Shown here piece by piece: positions 46,772-55,747 of a stretch of 64,000 nucleotides of DNA (the first letter of the stretch is position 1; each line of letters starts with the position of its first letter). Origin of the DNA: Candidatus Parcubacteria bacterium (GTDB lineage: Bacteria > Patescibacteriota > Minisyncoccia > Phycocordibacterales > UBA6065); contig JBDKKJ010000009.1 of NCBI GenBank assembly GCA_039796155.1, positions 15,077 through 79,076 of the forward strand, read 5' to 3'. The position numbers and the translations under genes were made by a program. The notes under the pieces were generated by a model. That model was not told where the DNA came from and did no database searches. It saw only the letters and a program-made list of their open reading frames with translations.

Positions 46772-47479
46772 ATGACAGAAATTATTCCCGCAATCCTTCC
46801 GAAATCGTACGCAGAACTCGAAACTGGTATTTCAATTGCTACCGGACATACTCCGGTAATTCAGATTGATATTTGTGATGGTGGATACGTTCCGTCACGC
46901 ACGTGGCCGTACCTCAAGGGTCCGAATGTTGAGGACATGATTTTCAATGACATCGTTGCTCAAGAAAAGGCTCTTCCGGGTTGGGAAGAGACTGACTTCG
47001 AATTCGATTTGATGATAAAAGGCGCATACGAAAAGATTCCTGACTTTATTTCCGCTGGTGCCGCTCGAATTATCGTTCACAAGGGAAGTGTTGATGCGGA
47101 TGAAATGGCAAATGTCCTCCGTGATTACGGAAAACACTCAGAGGAACTCGGTCCTTTTGATGTTGAGCTTGGTATTGCTCTTATGCCACAAGACAAAGCA
47201 GAGTCTATTGCTAATATTGTAGATACGATTCACTTTGTGCAGGTTATGGGTGTTGAAAAGATTGGTTTTCAGGGTCAGCCAGCGAGTCCGCATGCAGTGG
47301 AGCTCATTCGCAACCTCCGAAGCATGTATCCGAACCTTGTTATCTCTGTCGATGGTGGTGTAAACATTGAATCAGCACCTGACTTTTTGAATGCGGGAGC
47401 GAATCGATTAGTTGTGGGTAGTGCGCTCTTCGGAAATGATGATTTTCTTGGTACACTAGAAGAGTTTCGAGCACTTTAG
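46772..47479 (+). CDS. Ribulose-phosphate 3-epimerase-like TIM-barrel protein (divergent)
   Basis: IIPAILP..., IQIDICDGGYVP, FDLMI, ISVDGGVN, VVGSALF follow the Rpe strand pattern. It sits in a pentose-phosphate context between rpiB and tkt. Confidence 0.65.
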   Translation: MTEIIPAILPKSYAELETGISIATGHTPVIQIDICDGGYVPSRTWPYLKGPNVEDMIFNDIVAQEKALPGWEETDFEFDLMIKGAYEKIPDFISAGAARIIVHKGSVDADEMANVLRDYGKHSEELGPFDVELGIALMPQDKAESIANIVDTIHFVQVMGVEKIGFQGQPASPHAVELIRNLRSMYPNLVISVDGGVNIESAPDFLNAGANRLVVGSALFGNDDFLGTLEEFRAL

Positions 47480-47505
47480 GTGCTCGCACTGTCGGTTGAA
47501 ACCAC

Positions 47506-48399
47506 ATGGCACTTTCTACACAAAAAATAAAAGAGATTGAGATCAAGGCAAATTCAATTCGTGAATCGATTATTGAAATGCTTATCGCTGCAGGTTCAGG
47601 ACATACCGCGGGACCACTTGATATGGCAGATATTTTTGCCACACTCTATTTCCACACACTCAATCACAAGCCAAAAGAGCCGAAATGGGATGGCCGTGAC
47701 CGCCTCATACTTTCAAATGGTCATATTTGTCCGGTTCTGTACGCATCGATGGCACATGCAGGATATTTTCCGGTAGAAGAGCTCAAAACACTGCGTAAAT
47801 TTGGTTCACGTTTACAGGGTCATCCTCATCGTGAGTTTTTGCCTATGCTCGAAACTTCGTCAGGTCCATTGGGTTCTGGACTTTCTCAAGCTGTAGGTAT
47901 GGCGCTCGCTGACAGAATCGACAAGGGTAAAACATCATCAAAACGATTCTATTGTCTAACAGGCGACGGGGAACATGATGAAGGAAATCACTGGGAGGCT
48001 GTCATGCTTGCAGGTAAAGAGAAGCTTCACACGGTTGTATGTATTGTTGATCGTAACAATATTCAGATTGATGGAAATACCGAGGACATTATGCCTCTTG
48101 AACCTTTTGTAAATAAATATATTACGTTTGGCTGGCATGTGATTGAGATTGATGGTCACAATATTGCCGAAATTGCTGCAGCATTTGATGCCGCAAAAGG
48201 TATTTTCGAAAAACCTACCTGTATTATGGCCCATACGATACCTGGCAAAGGCGTAAAGGAGTTTGAATATGACTATCGATGGCATGGCAATCCTCCCGGC
48301 CTCGGTCCTGAAGACAAAATTCCTCGTGCGCAGCAAGGTGCGGTGGCTTTGGCTGAGTTACGGACGTTGGGGAAGAAGATAAGAAGTGAACATGAATAG
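47506..48399 (+). CDS. Transketolase, N-terminal (TPP-binding) subunit
   Basis: GSGHTAGPLDMADI, SNGHICPVLYA, GPLGSGLSQAVGMA, LTGDGEHDEGNHWEA. Confidence 0.9.
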   Translation: MALSTQKIKEIEIKANSIRESIIEMLIAAGSGHTAGPLDMADIFATLYFHTLNHKPKEPKWDGRDRLILSNGHICPVLYASMAHAGYFPVEELKTLRKFGSRLQGHPHREFLPMLETSSGPLGSGLSQAVGMALADRIDKGKTSSKRFYCLTGDGEHDEGNHWEAVMLAGKEKLHTVVCIVDRNNIQIDGNTEDIMPLEPFVNKYITFGWHVIEIDGHNIAEIAAAFDAAKGIFEKPTCIMAHTIPGKGVKEFEYDYRWHGNPPGLGPEDKIPRAQQGAVALAELRTLGKKIRSEHE

Positions 48400-48685
48400 T
48401 ATGAAAAGACTACTTATAAATTTATTTTCACTTGGGTTGATTATTACTGGTTTGCTCTTTACATATGGAGCGATTTTTGGTCCAAGTACTAGCATTGGAC
48501 TGAGTAGTTGGGTGACAATTTGGTTTTCATTTATAATTTTTATATTTCCTTCGATAGTTCTTTTTCTTAGGGAAAGTAATGGAAGTGCTGGATTTTGCCT
48601 TAGCTCAAGAACTAGTATCATTCTTTTAATTACAGCTGGTTTTCTTTGTTTGGTATCACTATTAATACTAATGGAAACTGCATGA
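48392..48685 (+). CDS. Small 3-TM membrane protein wedged between the transketolase halves
   Basis: AT-rich ORF. Its start overlaps the tktN stop, and its TGA (48683-48685) overlaps ATG 48682 of tktC in an ATGA arrangement. It has three hydrophobic segments. Confidence 0.45.
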   Translation: MNSMKRLLINLFSLGLIITGLLFTYGAIFGPSTSIGLSSWVTIWFSFIIFIFPSIVLFLRESNGSAGFCLSSRTSIILLITAGFLCLVSLLILMETA

Positions 48686-49680
48686 TTTCTTCTTCACAAA
48701 AACTCAATCCGAAAGTATTCGACAAAGATGTTGAACAAGTGCCAATCCGAAAAGGTTTTGGTATCGGACTTTTGGCAGCGGGGGAGAAAAACACAAACGT
48801 GGTTGGCCTCTGTGCTGACCTGACTGAATCCACTCAGATGCATTTCTTCCGTGATAAATTCCCCAATCGTTATATTCAAATGGGAGTAGCAGAACAAAAT
48901 TTGGCTGCAGTTGCTTCCGGTATGGCTGCTATGGGTAAGATTCCGTTTATTAGCTCATATGCCATGTTTTCGCCGGGACGCAATTGGGAACAGATTCGCA
49001 CAACCATTGCGTACAATGATGTGCCGGTTAAAATTGTCGGTTCACACGCTGGTGTTTCTGTTGGTCCTGATGGTGGTACACATCAGGCAATCGAAGATAT
49101 TGCCATCACCCGTGTGATTCCAAATATGGTTGTTATTTCACCTTGCGATTCTATTGAAGCAGAGAAGGCAACTAAGGCAATTGCTGAGACCAAACAGCCT
49201 ACCTATATTCGTCTTATTCGCGAGAAAACGCCTGTTATAACCACCGTAGATACTCCATTTGAGATTGGGAAGGCTCGCATCTATTTTGAGCCTATAACAG
49301 GCAAACCAGAGGTTGCGATTATTGCCACCGGTGCACTTCTTCATAATGCTCTTTTGGCAGCTCGTGAACTTGAAAAGGAAAAGATTGGCGTGACCGTGGT
49401 GAACCTTTCAACTATAAAACCTCTTGATGAGGCAACTATTCTCGCAGTGGCTAAATCAGCCGGTACACTCGTAACCCTCGAAGAGCATCAGGCTGCGGGA
49501 GGTATGGGATCGGCTGTAGCTGAATTCATTTCAAGTACCTATCCTGTGCCAGTTATCCGTATGGGTATTCATGACAAATTTGGACAGTCGGGGACACCGG
49601 CAGAACTCATTGAGCACTACGGACTCGGTGTGTCACATATTAAAGAAGCTGCTCGTCAGGCGATTGCTAAGAAAAAATAA
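48682..49680 (+). CDS. Transketolase, C-terminal (pyrimidine-binding) subunit
   Basis: RKGFGIGL..., IQMGVAEQNLAAVASGMA, GPDGGTHQAIEDIA, TLEEHQAAGGMGSAVAE. I prefer ATG 48682. Confidence 0.9.
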   Translation: MISSSQKLNPKVFDKDVEQVPIRKGFGIGLLAAGEKNTNVVGLCADLTESTQMHFFRDKFPNRYIQMGVAEQNLAAVASGMAAMGKIPFISSYAMFSPGRNWEQIRTTIAYNDVPVKIVGSHAGVSVGPDGGTHQAIEDIAITRVIPNMVVISPCDSIEAEKATKAIAETKQPTYIRLIREKTPVITTVDTPFEIGKARIYFEPITGKPEVAIIATGALLHNALLAARELEKEKIGVTVVNLSTIKPLDEATILAVAKSAGTLVTLEEHQAAGGMGSAVAEFISSTYPVPVIRMGIHDKFGQSGTPAELIEHYGLGVSHIKEAARQAIAKKK

Positions 49681-51260
49681 TGATTATCGATCCATTTAAT
49701 ATTCCGCTCTTCGTTACAGATATCTCATACACTCTTTTCTTTTTCCTTACGGTTATATTCGGACTATGGGTCTACCTCAAGAGTTCACACAAGACACTTC
49801 ACGTTATGTATTTACTCATGAGTCTTGCTGTGGGTGTCTATCAGATATCCCATGTGTTTGGTATTACGGTGACTGATTCTGAGGCTTCTCGCACAATCTT
49901 TACGCTCAGTCTTTCAATAATTTATGTTGGCTGTTTTACCGTGCACTGGATTGCTGCTGCTGTTGAAAGGGAAAAGGAATACCTTTGGACTATACTCTCA
50001 ACATACGCGTGTGCTGTTGTTCTCACAGCTTTTTATCTTTTTAAACCAGCAAGCTTTTTGCTCCCTTCAGTACCAAAGCTTTATTTTCCAAATTATTACG
50101 TTGCAGGAAATTATTACTGGCTGCTGGTTGCGTACTTCGCCGTGGTATTTGTCTTGGTTCTTCGAATGCTCATAAAGTCGTATACAATTTCTGACGCACT
50201 CCACAAGAATCGTCTCTCATACTATATTTTTGCCATCTTCATTGGTTTTCCACTTGCAGGCATTGGATTCTTTCTTTCATACAATATTCAGATTGATCCA
50301 ATCTTCTCTGTACCATTTAACTTCTTTATCATTCCATTGGCGTACGGTGTTTTGCGCTATGACATCATGGATGTTAAAACGGCTGCACGTAAGGCTTTTT
50401 CATATGCTGTGTTTGTACTCGGTACAGCCTTCTTTATCCTGGGCGCGAATCTCGGTAATAACTTCTTGGCAGTCGCATATCCAATGGTCCCAGATTGGAT
50501 TTTGCCACTTGTTTCATCACTTCTCATTGTGTTGTTTGCTGGATTTATATGGGAGCGCATGCGAGACCTTGAAACTCTCAAGTACGAATTCATTACCGTC
50601 GTGACACATAAGTTCCGTACACCTCTTACACGAATAAAATGGTCATCAGAGATACTCCGAAAGTGTGAAGGTGTTGATGATGAGCAAAAATCTGCAATTT
50701 CTGAAATAGAAAGTGCAAACGAGCATCTGGTATCGCTTACCGACGTGCTGCTGAATCTTCGTAAAGCAAATGACAGTGCATTTCAATATGAATTTGAGAC
50801 ATATGACATCTGTAGCTTGATTGATCTCACAGTAAAAAATATGAGTAAGCGAATCAAAGACAGAGAGATGGATTTCTCGGTCGTTTGTCCTGAATCACGC
50901 TCAAATGTAAGTCTTGATAAGCGTCGTTTGGCATTCGCGCTTCAGATTGTGATTGATAATGCTATCACCTATACGCCAAAACAAGGAAAAATATCTGTAA
51001 CGGTCTCAAACGAGAGCGGCAGCGTGTATATTAAAGTTAAAGACAGTGGTATTGGTATTGCGAGCGATGATATGAGTCGTATGTTTAGCAAATTCTGGAG
51101 AAGCAAAGAGGCAAAAACTACCGACACAGAAGGAATGGGGATTGGACTCTTTATGGCACGCGAAATTATTGAACGTCACGACGGTGAAATCGATGTGGAA
51201 TCAGAAGGTGTGGGTAAGGCTTCTGTATTTAGTATCAAACTTCCTCAAGCTCAGGCTTAA
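49680..51260 (+). CDS. Sensor histidine kinase with a polytopic N-terminal membrane domain
   Basis: About 7 hydrophobic segments, then HisKA (VTHKFRTPLTRIKWSSEIL) and HATPase_c (DNAITYTP..., DSGIGI..., GMGIGLFMAREI). The start overlaps the tktC stop (TAATG). Confidence 0.85.
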   Translation: MIIDPFNIPLFVTDISYTLFFFLTVIFGLWVYLKSSHKTLHVMYLLMSLAVGVYQISHVFGITVTDSEASRTIFTLSLSIIYVGCFTVHWIAAAVEREKEYLWTILSTYACAVVLTAFYLFKPASFLLPSVPKLYFPNYYVAGNYYWLLVAYFAVVFVLVLRMLIKSYTISDALHKNRLSYYIFAIFIGFPLAGIGFFLSYNIQIDPIFSVPFNFFIIPLAYGVLRYDIMDVKTAARKAFSYAVFVLGTAFFILGANLGNNFLAVAYPMVPDWILPLVSSLLIVLFAGFIWERMRDLETLKYEFITVVTHKFRTPLTRIKWSSEILRKCEGVDDEQKSAISEIESANEHLVSLTDVLLNLRKANDSAFQYEFETYDICSLIDLTVKNMSKRIKDREMDFSVVCPESRSNVSLDKRRLAFALQIVIDNAITYTPKQGKISVTVSNESGSVYIKVKDSGIGIASDDMSRMFSKFWRSKEAKTTDTEGMGIGLFMAREIIERHDGEIDVESEGVGKASVFSIKLPQAQA

Positions 51261-51270
51261 GAAGTCGACT

Positions 51271-51903
51271 TTACATCAATGTCTCTTGTTTGCGTCCCAT
51301 CAGGGCGTTCTTGATTGTCTCTGCATCAGAATATTCAAGTTCAGTACCCGTTGAAAGTCCTCGTCCGAGGATTGAGACTTTAATGCTGTACTGTTTAACC
51401 AGAGGTGCAATAAAGTTTTCTACGTATTCACGGGTATTTTCACCTTCAGCATTGAGTGAGAGAGCGAGAATGATCTCTTTAAGTCCCGCTTTAATGCGCT
51501 GTTCAAGCACAAGTACCAATTCACGAGTGCGGATTTTTGATTCCGGTTCTTTCTCAATGAGCGAAAGTGTGGTACCAAGTACAAAATAGTACCCACGGTA
51601 TGACTTACTCTTTTCGACAACGTCGAGATCGACATCTTTAGCAACAACCATAAGCGACTCATGATCACGGGAATCGTCATGACAGACACTGCAGAGTCGT
51701 CGGTCCATTCCTTTGCTATCAAAGTATCTAAAGCACGATGTACAGACAGTCACACGAGAAGCGAGTTCGGTAATTTCTTTAGCAAGCATTTCCCGGTACC
51801 CGTCTGTGGTGTTCAAAAGGAAATAGACAAAACGCTTTGCTTGGCGAGGCCCAATACCAGGGAACTGTTTAAAGAGATCGTGTAAGCGATTGAGGTGATC
51901 CAT
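51271..51903 (-). CDS. recR: Recombination protein RecR
   Basis: FPGIGPRQAKRFVYFLL (HhH), a C4 zinc finger (CTSCFRY...CSVC), and a Toprim region. Confidence 0.92.
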   Translation of the reverse strand: MDHLNRLHDLFKQFPGIGPRQAKRFVYFLLNTTDGYREMLAKEITELASRVTVCTSCFRYFDSKGMDRRLCSVCHDDSRDHESLMVVAKDVDLDVVEKSKSYRGYYFVLGTTLSLIEKEPESKIRTRELVLVLEQRIKAGLKEIILALSLNAEGENTREYVENFIAPLVKQYSIKVSILGRGLSTGTELEYSDAETIKNALMGRKQETLM

Positions 51904-51908
51904 GTGTT

Positions 51909-53288
51909 TTAAAATCCTCCTACGTCAGATGCCTGGAAAGCTCCAAAGTCAGCCTTTTCAACCGAAAGGAAGGTTGCCTTGTCTGCATCGAATACGAGCT
52001 GGATTTCTCCGGTAGGACCGTTTCGGTGCTTTTCAATGAGAATGGTTGCTTGATTTGAGCGAGCCTGATCACCAGATTCGTCCTTTTCACGGTGAATGAA
52101 CATAACCACGTCGGCGTCCTGCTCGATAGATCCAGAGTCTCGAAGGTCAGAGAGTCGCGGCTTACCTCCGCGGGCTTCCACGGCTCGGGAAAGCTGTGAG
52201 AGGGCGATGACAGGAACCTCGAGATCTCTGGCAAGATTTTTAAGCGATCGAGAGATTTCGGTAACCTGCTGAACAACGTTGTCTTTTGCTGAGTTCATCG
52301 GTGTCATGAGCTGGAGGTAGTCGACAATAATGAGTCCAAGCGATTTTTCAGACTTAAGACGACGAGCAATAGCGCGCATTTTCAAAATATTGTTTCCTGG
52401 CTGGTCGTCGATATAAATAGGGGCCTTGGCGAGCTTTTCCATAGCGTCGCGAATGCGGGTAAAGTCCTGATCAACAGAGAGTCCTTTACCAGTGCGGAGT
52501 TTCCATGCATCAACGCGTGATTCTGCAGCAAGCATACGATCAACAAGTTGTTGAGAACTCATTTCAAGAGAGAAGATTCCAACAGGGATATTGTGGTTTA
52601 CAGCCGCCATACGGGCAATATCGAGGGCAAGCGAAGTCTTTCCCATAGATGGTCGAGCGGCAAGGATGATGAGGTCAGATTTCTGGAAGCCTGAGAGTTT
52701 GTTGTCGAGGGCGGCAAAACCAGTCGGTACGCCACGGAGTTCGTCACGGGTGTTATGTAGTCGATCAATACGGTCCCATGCTTCACCAAGGGTGTCTTTG
52801 AGCTGCACAAACTTGTGCGAACCGATAGCGTTAGTTACGTCAAACAACTTCTTTTCTGCGGTGTCGATAATTTCTTCAAGTTCACCTTCTTCTGCGAATC
52901 CAGTATGAGTAATATGTTCACCGGCTTCAATAAGGCGTCGCATCATGCTCTTCTTTTGCACAATGGTACCGTAGTGGCGAACATTCGATGCTGACGGCAC
53001 AAGCTGAACAAGCTCAGAGAGGTATGATGCACCGCCAACACGATCAAGTGAACCTTCGTCACGAAGTTTTGATGAGAGTGAAATGAGGTCGATTGGATTT
53101 CCCTTAGATGTGAGTGACATCATAGCCTGCCAAATCACACGGTGTTTGTCAGAATAGAAATCTTCTTCTCGTACAACGTCGGTAACTTCATGAATTGCTT
53201 CTGGACGCAGACAAATAGAACCAAGGAGCGCTTGTTCAGCTTCAATCGATTGAGGTGGGACGCGGATGTGATCTCCTTTTCTTTGCAT
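51909..53288 (-). CDS. dnaB: Replicative DNA helicase DnaB
   Basis: PPQSIEAEQALLGS..., Walker A ARPSMGKTS, IIVDYLQLM, and a C-terminal RecA fold. There is no intein-sized insertion. Confidence 0.93.
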   Translation of the reverse strand: MQRKGDHIRVPPQSIEAEQALLGSICLRPEAIHEVTDVVREEDFYSDKHRVIWQAMMSLTSKGNPIDLISLSSKLRDEGSLDRVGGASYLSELVQLVPSASNVRHYGTIVQKKSMMRRLIEAGEHITHTGFAEEGELEEIIDTAEKKLFDVTNAIGSHKFVQLKDTLGEAWDRIDRLHNTRDELRGVPTGFAALDNKLSGFQKSDLIILAARPSMGKTSLALDIARMAAVNHNIPVGIFSLEMSSQQLVDRMLAAESRVDAWKLRTGKGLSVDQDFTRIRDAMEKLAKAPIYIDDQPGNNILKMRAIARRLKSEKSLGLIIVDYLQLMTPMNSAKDNVVQQVTEISRSLKNLARDLEVPVIALSQLSRAVEARGGKPRLSDLRDSGSIEQDADVVMFIHREKDESGDQARSNQATILIEKHRNGPTGEIQLVFDADKATFLSVEKADFGAFQASDVGGF

Positions 53289-53371
53289 GAAGATATTGTA
53301 CGTTACTTAGTTGAGATAAAGAAAAAATAAAGGGGATGAGATGGGGAAAGTGGGGATAAGGTAAAGCGAGG

Positions 53372-54784
53372 TTACTTTCTAAGAATTTGCTGTCCCTCGG
53401 GAGTATCTTTTACGTCGTAGCCAAGTGATTCAATTTCAAGGCGGAGGTTATCTGACTTTTTCCAGTCTTTAGCAGTTCGAGCAAAAATACGGTCCTCGGC
53501 GAGTTTGAGGATTTCGGGAGGTAAGTCGAGCGCTTTCGATCTTGACACTACAGCGCTCAAATTAAGGCCTAATAGCGCATCAATTTTAATGATAGTAGCT
53601 TTTTTGTCTTCTGGAGAAAGTGTATCGTGCTTGAGGATATCCCAGAGTAATGCGAGGGTCTTTGGTGTATCGAGATCATCTGATGCAAAAGAAAGTGCTT
53701 TGTCATACAGTGCTGAGTCCGCTTTGCCTCCATCTGGCAATTCAGAAACTGCTGCAGTAAGACGCTTGTATGCCTGAGCACCTGCTTCGAGAGCCTCCCA
53801 GGTAAAGTTAAGAGGTGTCGAGTAGCGTGCACCGAGCAAAAAGTATCGATAGGCAAGTGGAGTGATACCTTTTTCAACTACAGATGCGAGAGTAACAAAG
53901 TTTCCTTCTGACTTTGCCATTTTTCCGCCTTCAATGTTCATGAATGCAGAGTGCATCCAGTAGTGAACAAAGTCTTTACCAGTAGAACCTTCTGACTGAG
54001 CGATTTCATTGTTGTGGTGAACAGGAATGTGATCGATACCACCTGTATGAATATCAAAAGTCTCACCGAGGAGTGCTTTAGACATAGCTGAACACTCAAT
54101 ATGCCAGCCAGGGAAACCAACACCCCACGGTGAAGGCCATTCCTGCTCACGTTTCTCGGCCGTGCCTACAGGAGAGAGCTTCCAAAGAGCGAAATCAGTT
54201 GGATTCTTCTTCTCATTATTCACTCCAATACGTTCACCTTCACGAATTCCTGTGATATCTATGTTGCCAAGCTTGCCGTAATGAGGAAATTTCGAAGTAT
54301 CAAAATAAATACCGTCTGAAGTTTTATACGTAAAACCTTTCTTTTCAAGAGTGGTAACAATTGCAATCTGTTCCTTAATATAATCCGTTGCACGAGGGAA
54401 TTTTGTACTCTTTGTATCAATATTGAGGTCTTTAAGATTCTCAAAAAAGACATTTGTATAAAAATCAGCAATCTCACGCGCAGATTTGTGTTCGCGCAGT
54501 CGAGCTTTTTCCATTTTATCCTCGCCTGTATCGGCATCACTTACAAGGTGTCCCACGTCTGTGATGTTTATAACCTGCTGTACTTTAAAACCAGATGCGA
54601 GCATGAGCCGCTTCAAGGTATCCGCAAAAACATATGCACGGAGGTTCCCTATGTGAGGGTAATTGTAGACTGTTGGTCCGCAATGATACATGCCAACTTT
54701 AGGTGTACCAAAAAGAGTCTTCTTAAAAGCTTTGAATTCCTCTTTTTTACCCGAAAGAGTGTTATGAAGTTGAATTAGAGCCAT
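53372..54784 (-). CDS. cysS: Cysteinyl-tRNA synthetase
   Basis: HIGN (HIGH-type) motif, WHIECSAM, KMAKSEGN (KMSKS). Confidence 0.93.
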   Translation of the reverse strand: MALIQLHNTLSGKKEEFKAFKKTLFGTPKVGMYHCGPTVYNYPHIGNLRAYVFADTLKRLMLASGFKVQQVINITDVGHLVSDADTGEDKMEKARLREHKSAREIADFYTNVFFENLKDLNIDTKSTKFPRATDYIKEQIAIVTTLEKKGFTYKTSDGIYFDTSKFPHYGKLGNIDITGIREGERIGVNNEKKNPTDFALWKLSPVGTAEKREQEWPSPWGVGFPGWHIECSAMSKALLGETFDIHTGGIDHIPVHHNNEIAQSEGSTGKDFVHYWMHSAFMNIEGGKMAKSEGNFVTLASVVEKGITPLAYRYFLLGARYSTPLNFTWEALEAGAQAYKRLTAAVSELPDGGKADSALYDKALSFASDDLDTPKTLALLWDILKHDTLSPEDKKATIIKIDALLGLNLSAVVSRSKALDLPPEILKLAEDRIFARTAKDWKKSDNLRLEIESLGYDVKDTPEGQQILRK

Positions 54785-55689
54785 TTTTTTAGACGCATAA
54801 TGGAAGCAACAATGACAGCAACTACAAGCATTACAAGGCCAACAAGCCAGAACTCATGACGTGCTTCAGCAAAAGGTCTGTCAGGTGCCTCCACAAGGAA
54901 CCAGCTTGAAATAATAGTAAGAAGTGAAGATATGACGGTGATAGCGGTAAACATTTTCATCGTCTCACTTTGTTTTGCTTCAAGAAGAGCGTTGTTTGTT
55001 TCACGTAACTCAGCGAGTGACTCAGAGATGTTTACGATTGTTTTATTCACTTTTATGTATTCACCCTTGATTGCATCGAGGTAGTGAGTAAATGTAGCAC
55101 CAAAGAATGGTTTTGCAGCCAAAGAGAATGAAGTAAGTATTTCTTCATGAAGATCTGTCGCATGTTTGAACGCCAAGAGCTCTCGAGACGTATTTGAAAG
55201 CTCAAACACCATTTCTTTTTCTTGTCCGGTAAATGTGTTCTTCTCAATATCCTGGAGATTATCTTTAATAGACTCCAATTCATCACCGAGTGAGTGATAA
55301 ATCTCGCGAATCATGTAATAAAACATGTACCCAGCATTTTTTCCAACCAAGGCGTTGCGGTCAAGAACTGAATTTACCTCAAACATCTTTGCAAACTTGT
55401 GAATAGGATCAATGGTGTCGTAACGAGCCGTCACAATGTAATTTTTACCCACAATGAAGTCAATCTCTTGAGAAGTTTCTTTATGAGAATGCTTCCACGC
55501 AGGGAAGTGAAGTATCAAATAAATAAAGTCAGGATAGACATCTACTTTTGGACGAAGTGTTGGCAAAAGAAGATCTTCTGCAGCGAGAGGTGGAATATCG
55601 TACTTAACCATTATCTCTCGAACTTCATCGCGTGTAGGTGATTCAAGGTCAACCCACGCAACATCTTTGTATGAATACGTATTTATCAT
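54775..55689 (-). CDS. CorA-like divalent cation transporter homologue lacking the GMN motif
   Basis: CorA-like length and layout with two C-terminal TMs and the ending RLKKWL. The position of YGMNF reads SSWFLVEAP. Confidence 0.65.
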   Translation of the reverse strand: MINTYSYKDVAWVDLESPTRDEVREIMVKYDIPPLAAEDLLLPTLRPKVDVYPDFIYLILHFPAWKHSHKETSQEIDFIVGKNYIVTARYDTIDPIHKFAKMFEVNSVLDRNALVGKNAGYMFYYMIREIYHSLGDELESIKDNLQDIEKNTFTGQEKEMVFELSNTSRELLAFKHATDLHEEILTSFSLAAKPFFGATFTHYLDAIKGEYIKVNKTIVNISESLAELRETNNALLEAKQSETMKMFTAITVISSLLTIISSWFLVEAPDRPFAEARHEFWLVGLVMLVVAVIVASIMRLKKWL

Positions 55690-55747
55690 AGATATATTCT
55701 ATCACGACGATTTTCTTTTTTCCGCTCTCTTTGAGATAATGGTACGC

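Noticed and set aside
47506-49680. The transketolase in two pieces was considered as a disrupted pseudogene.
   Set aside because: Both halves have complete domain sets with their own start and stop codons. Split tkt genes are a common natural arrangement.
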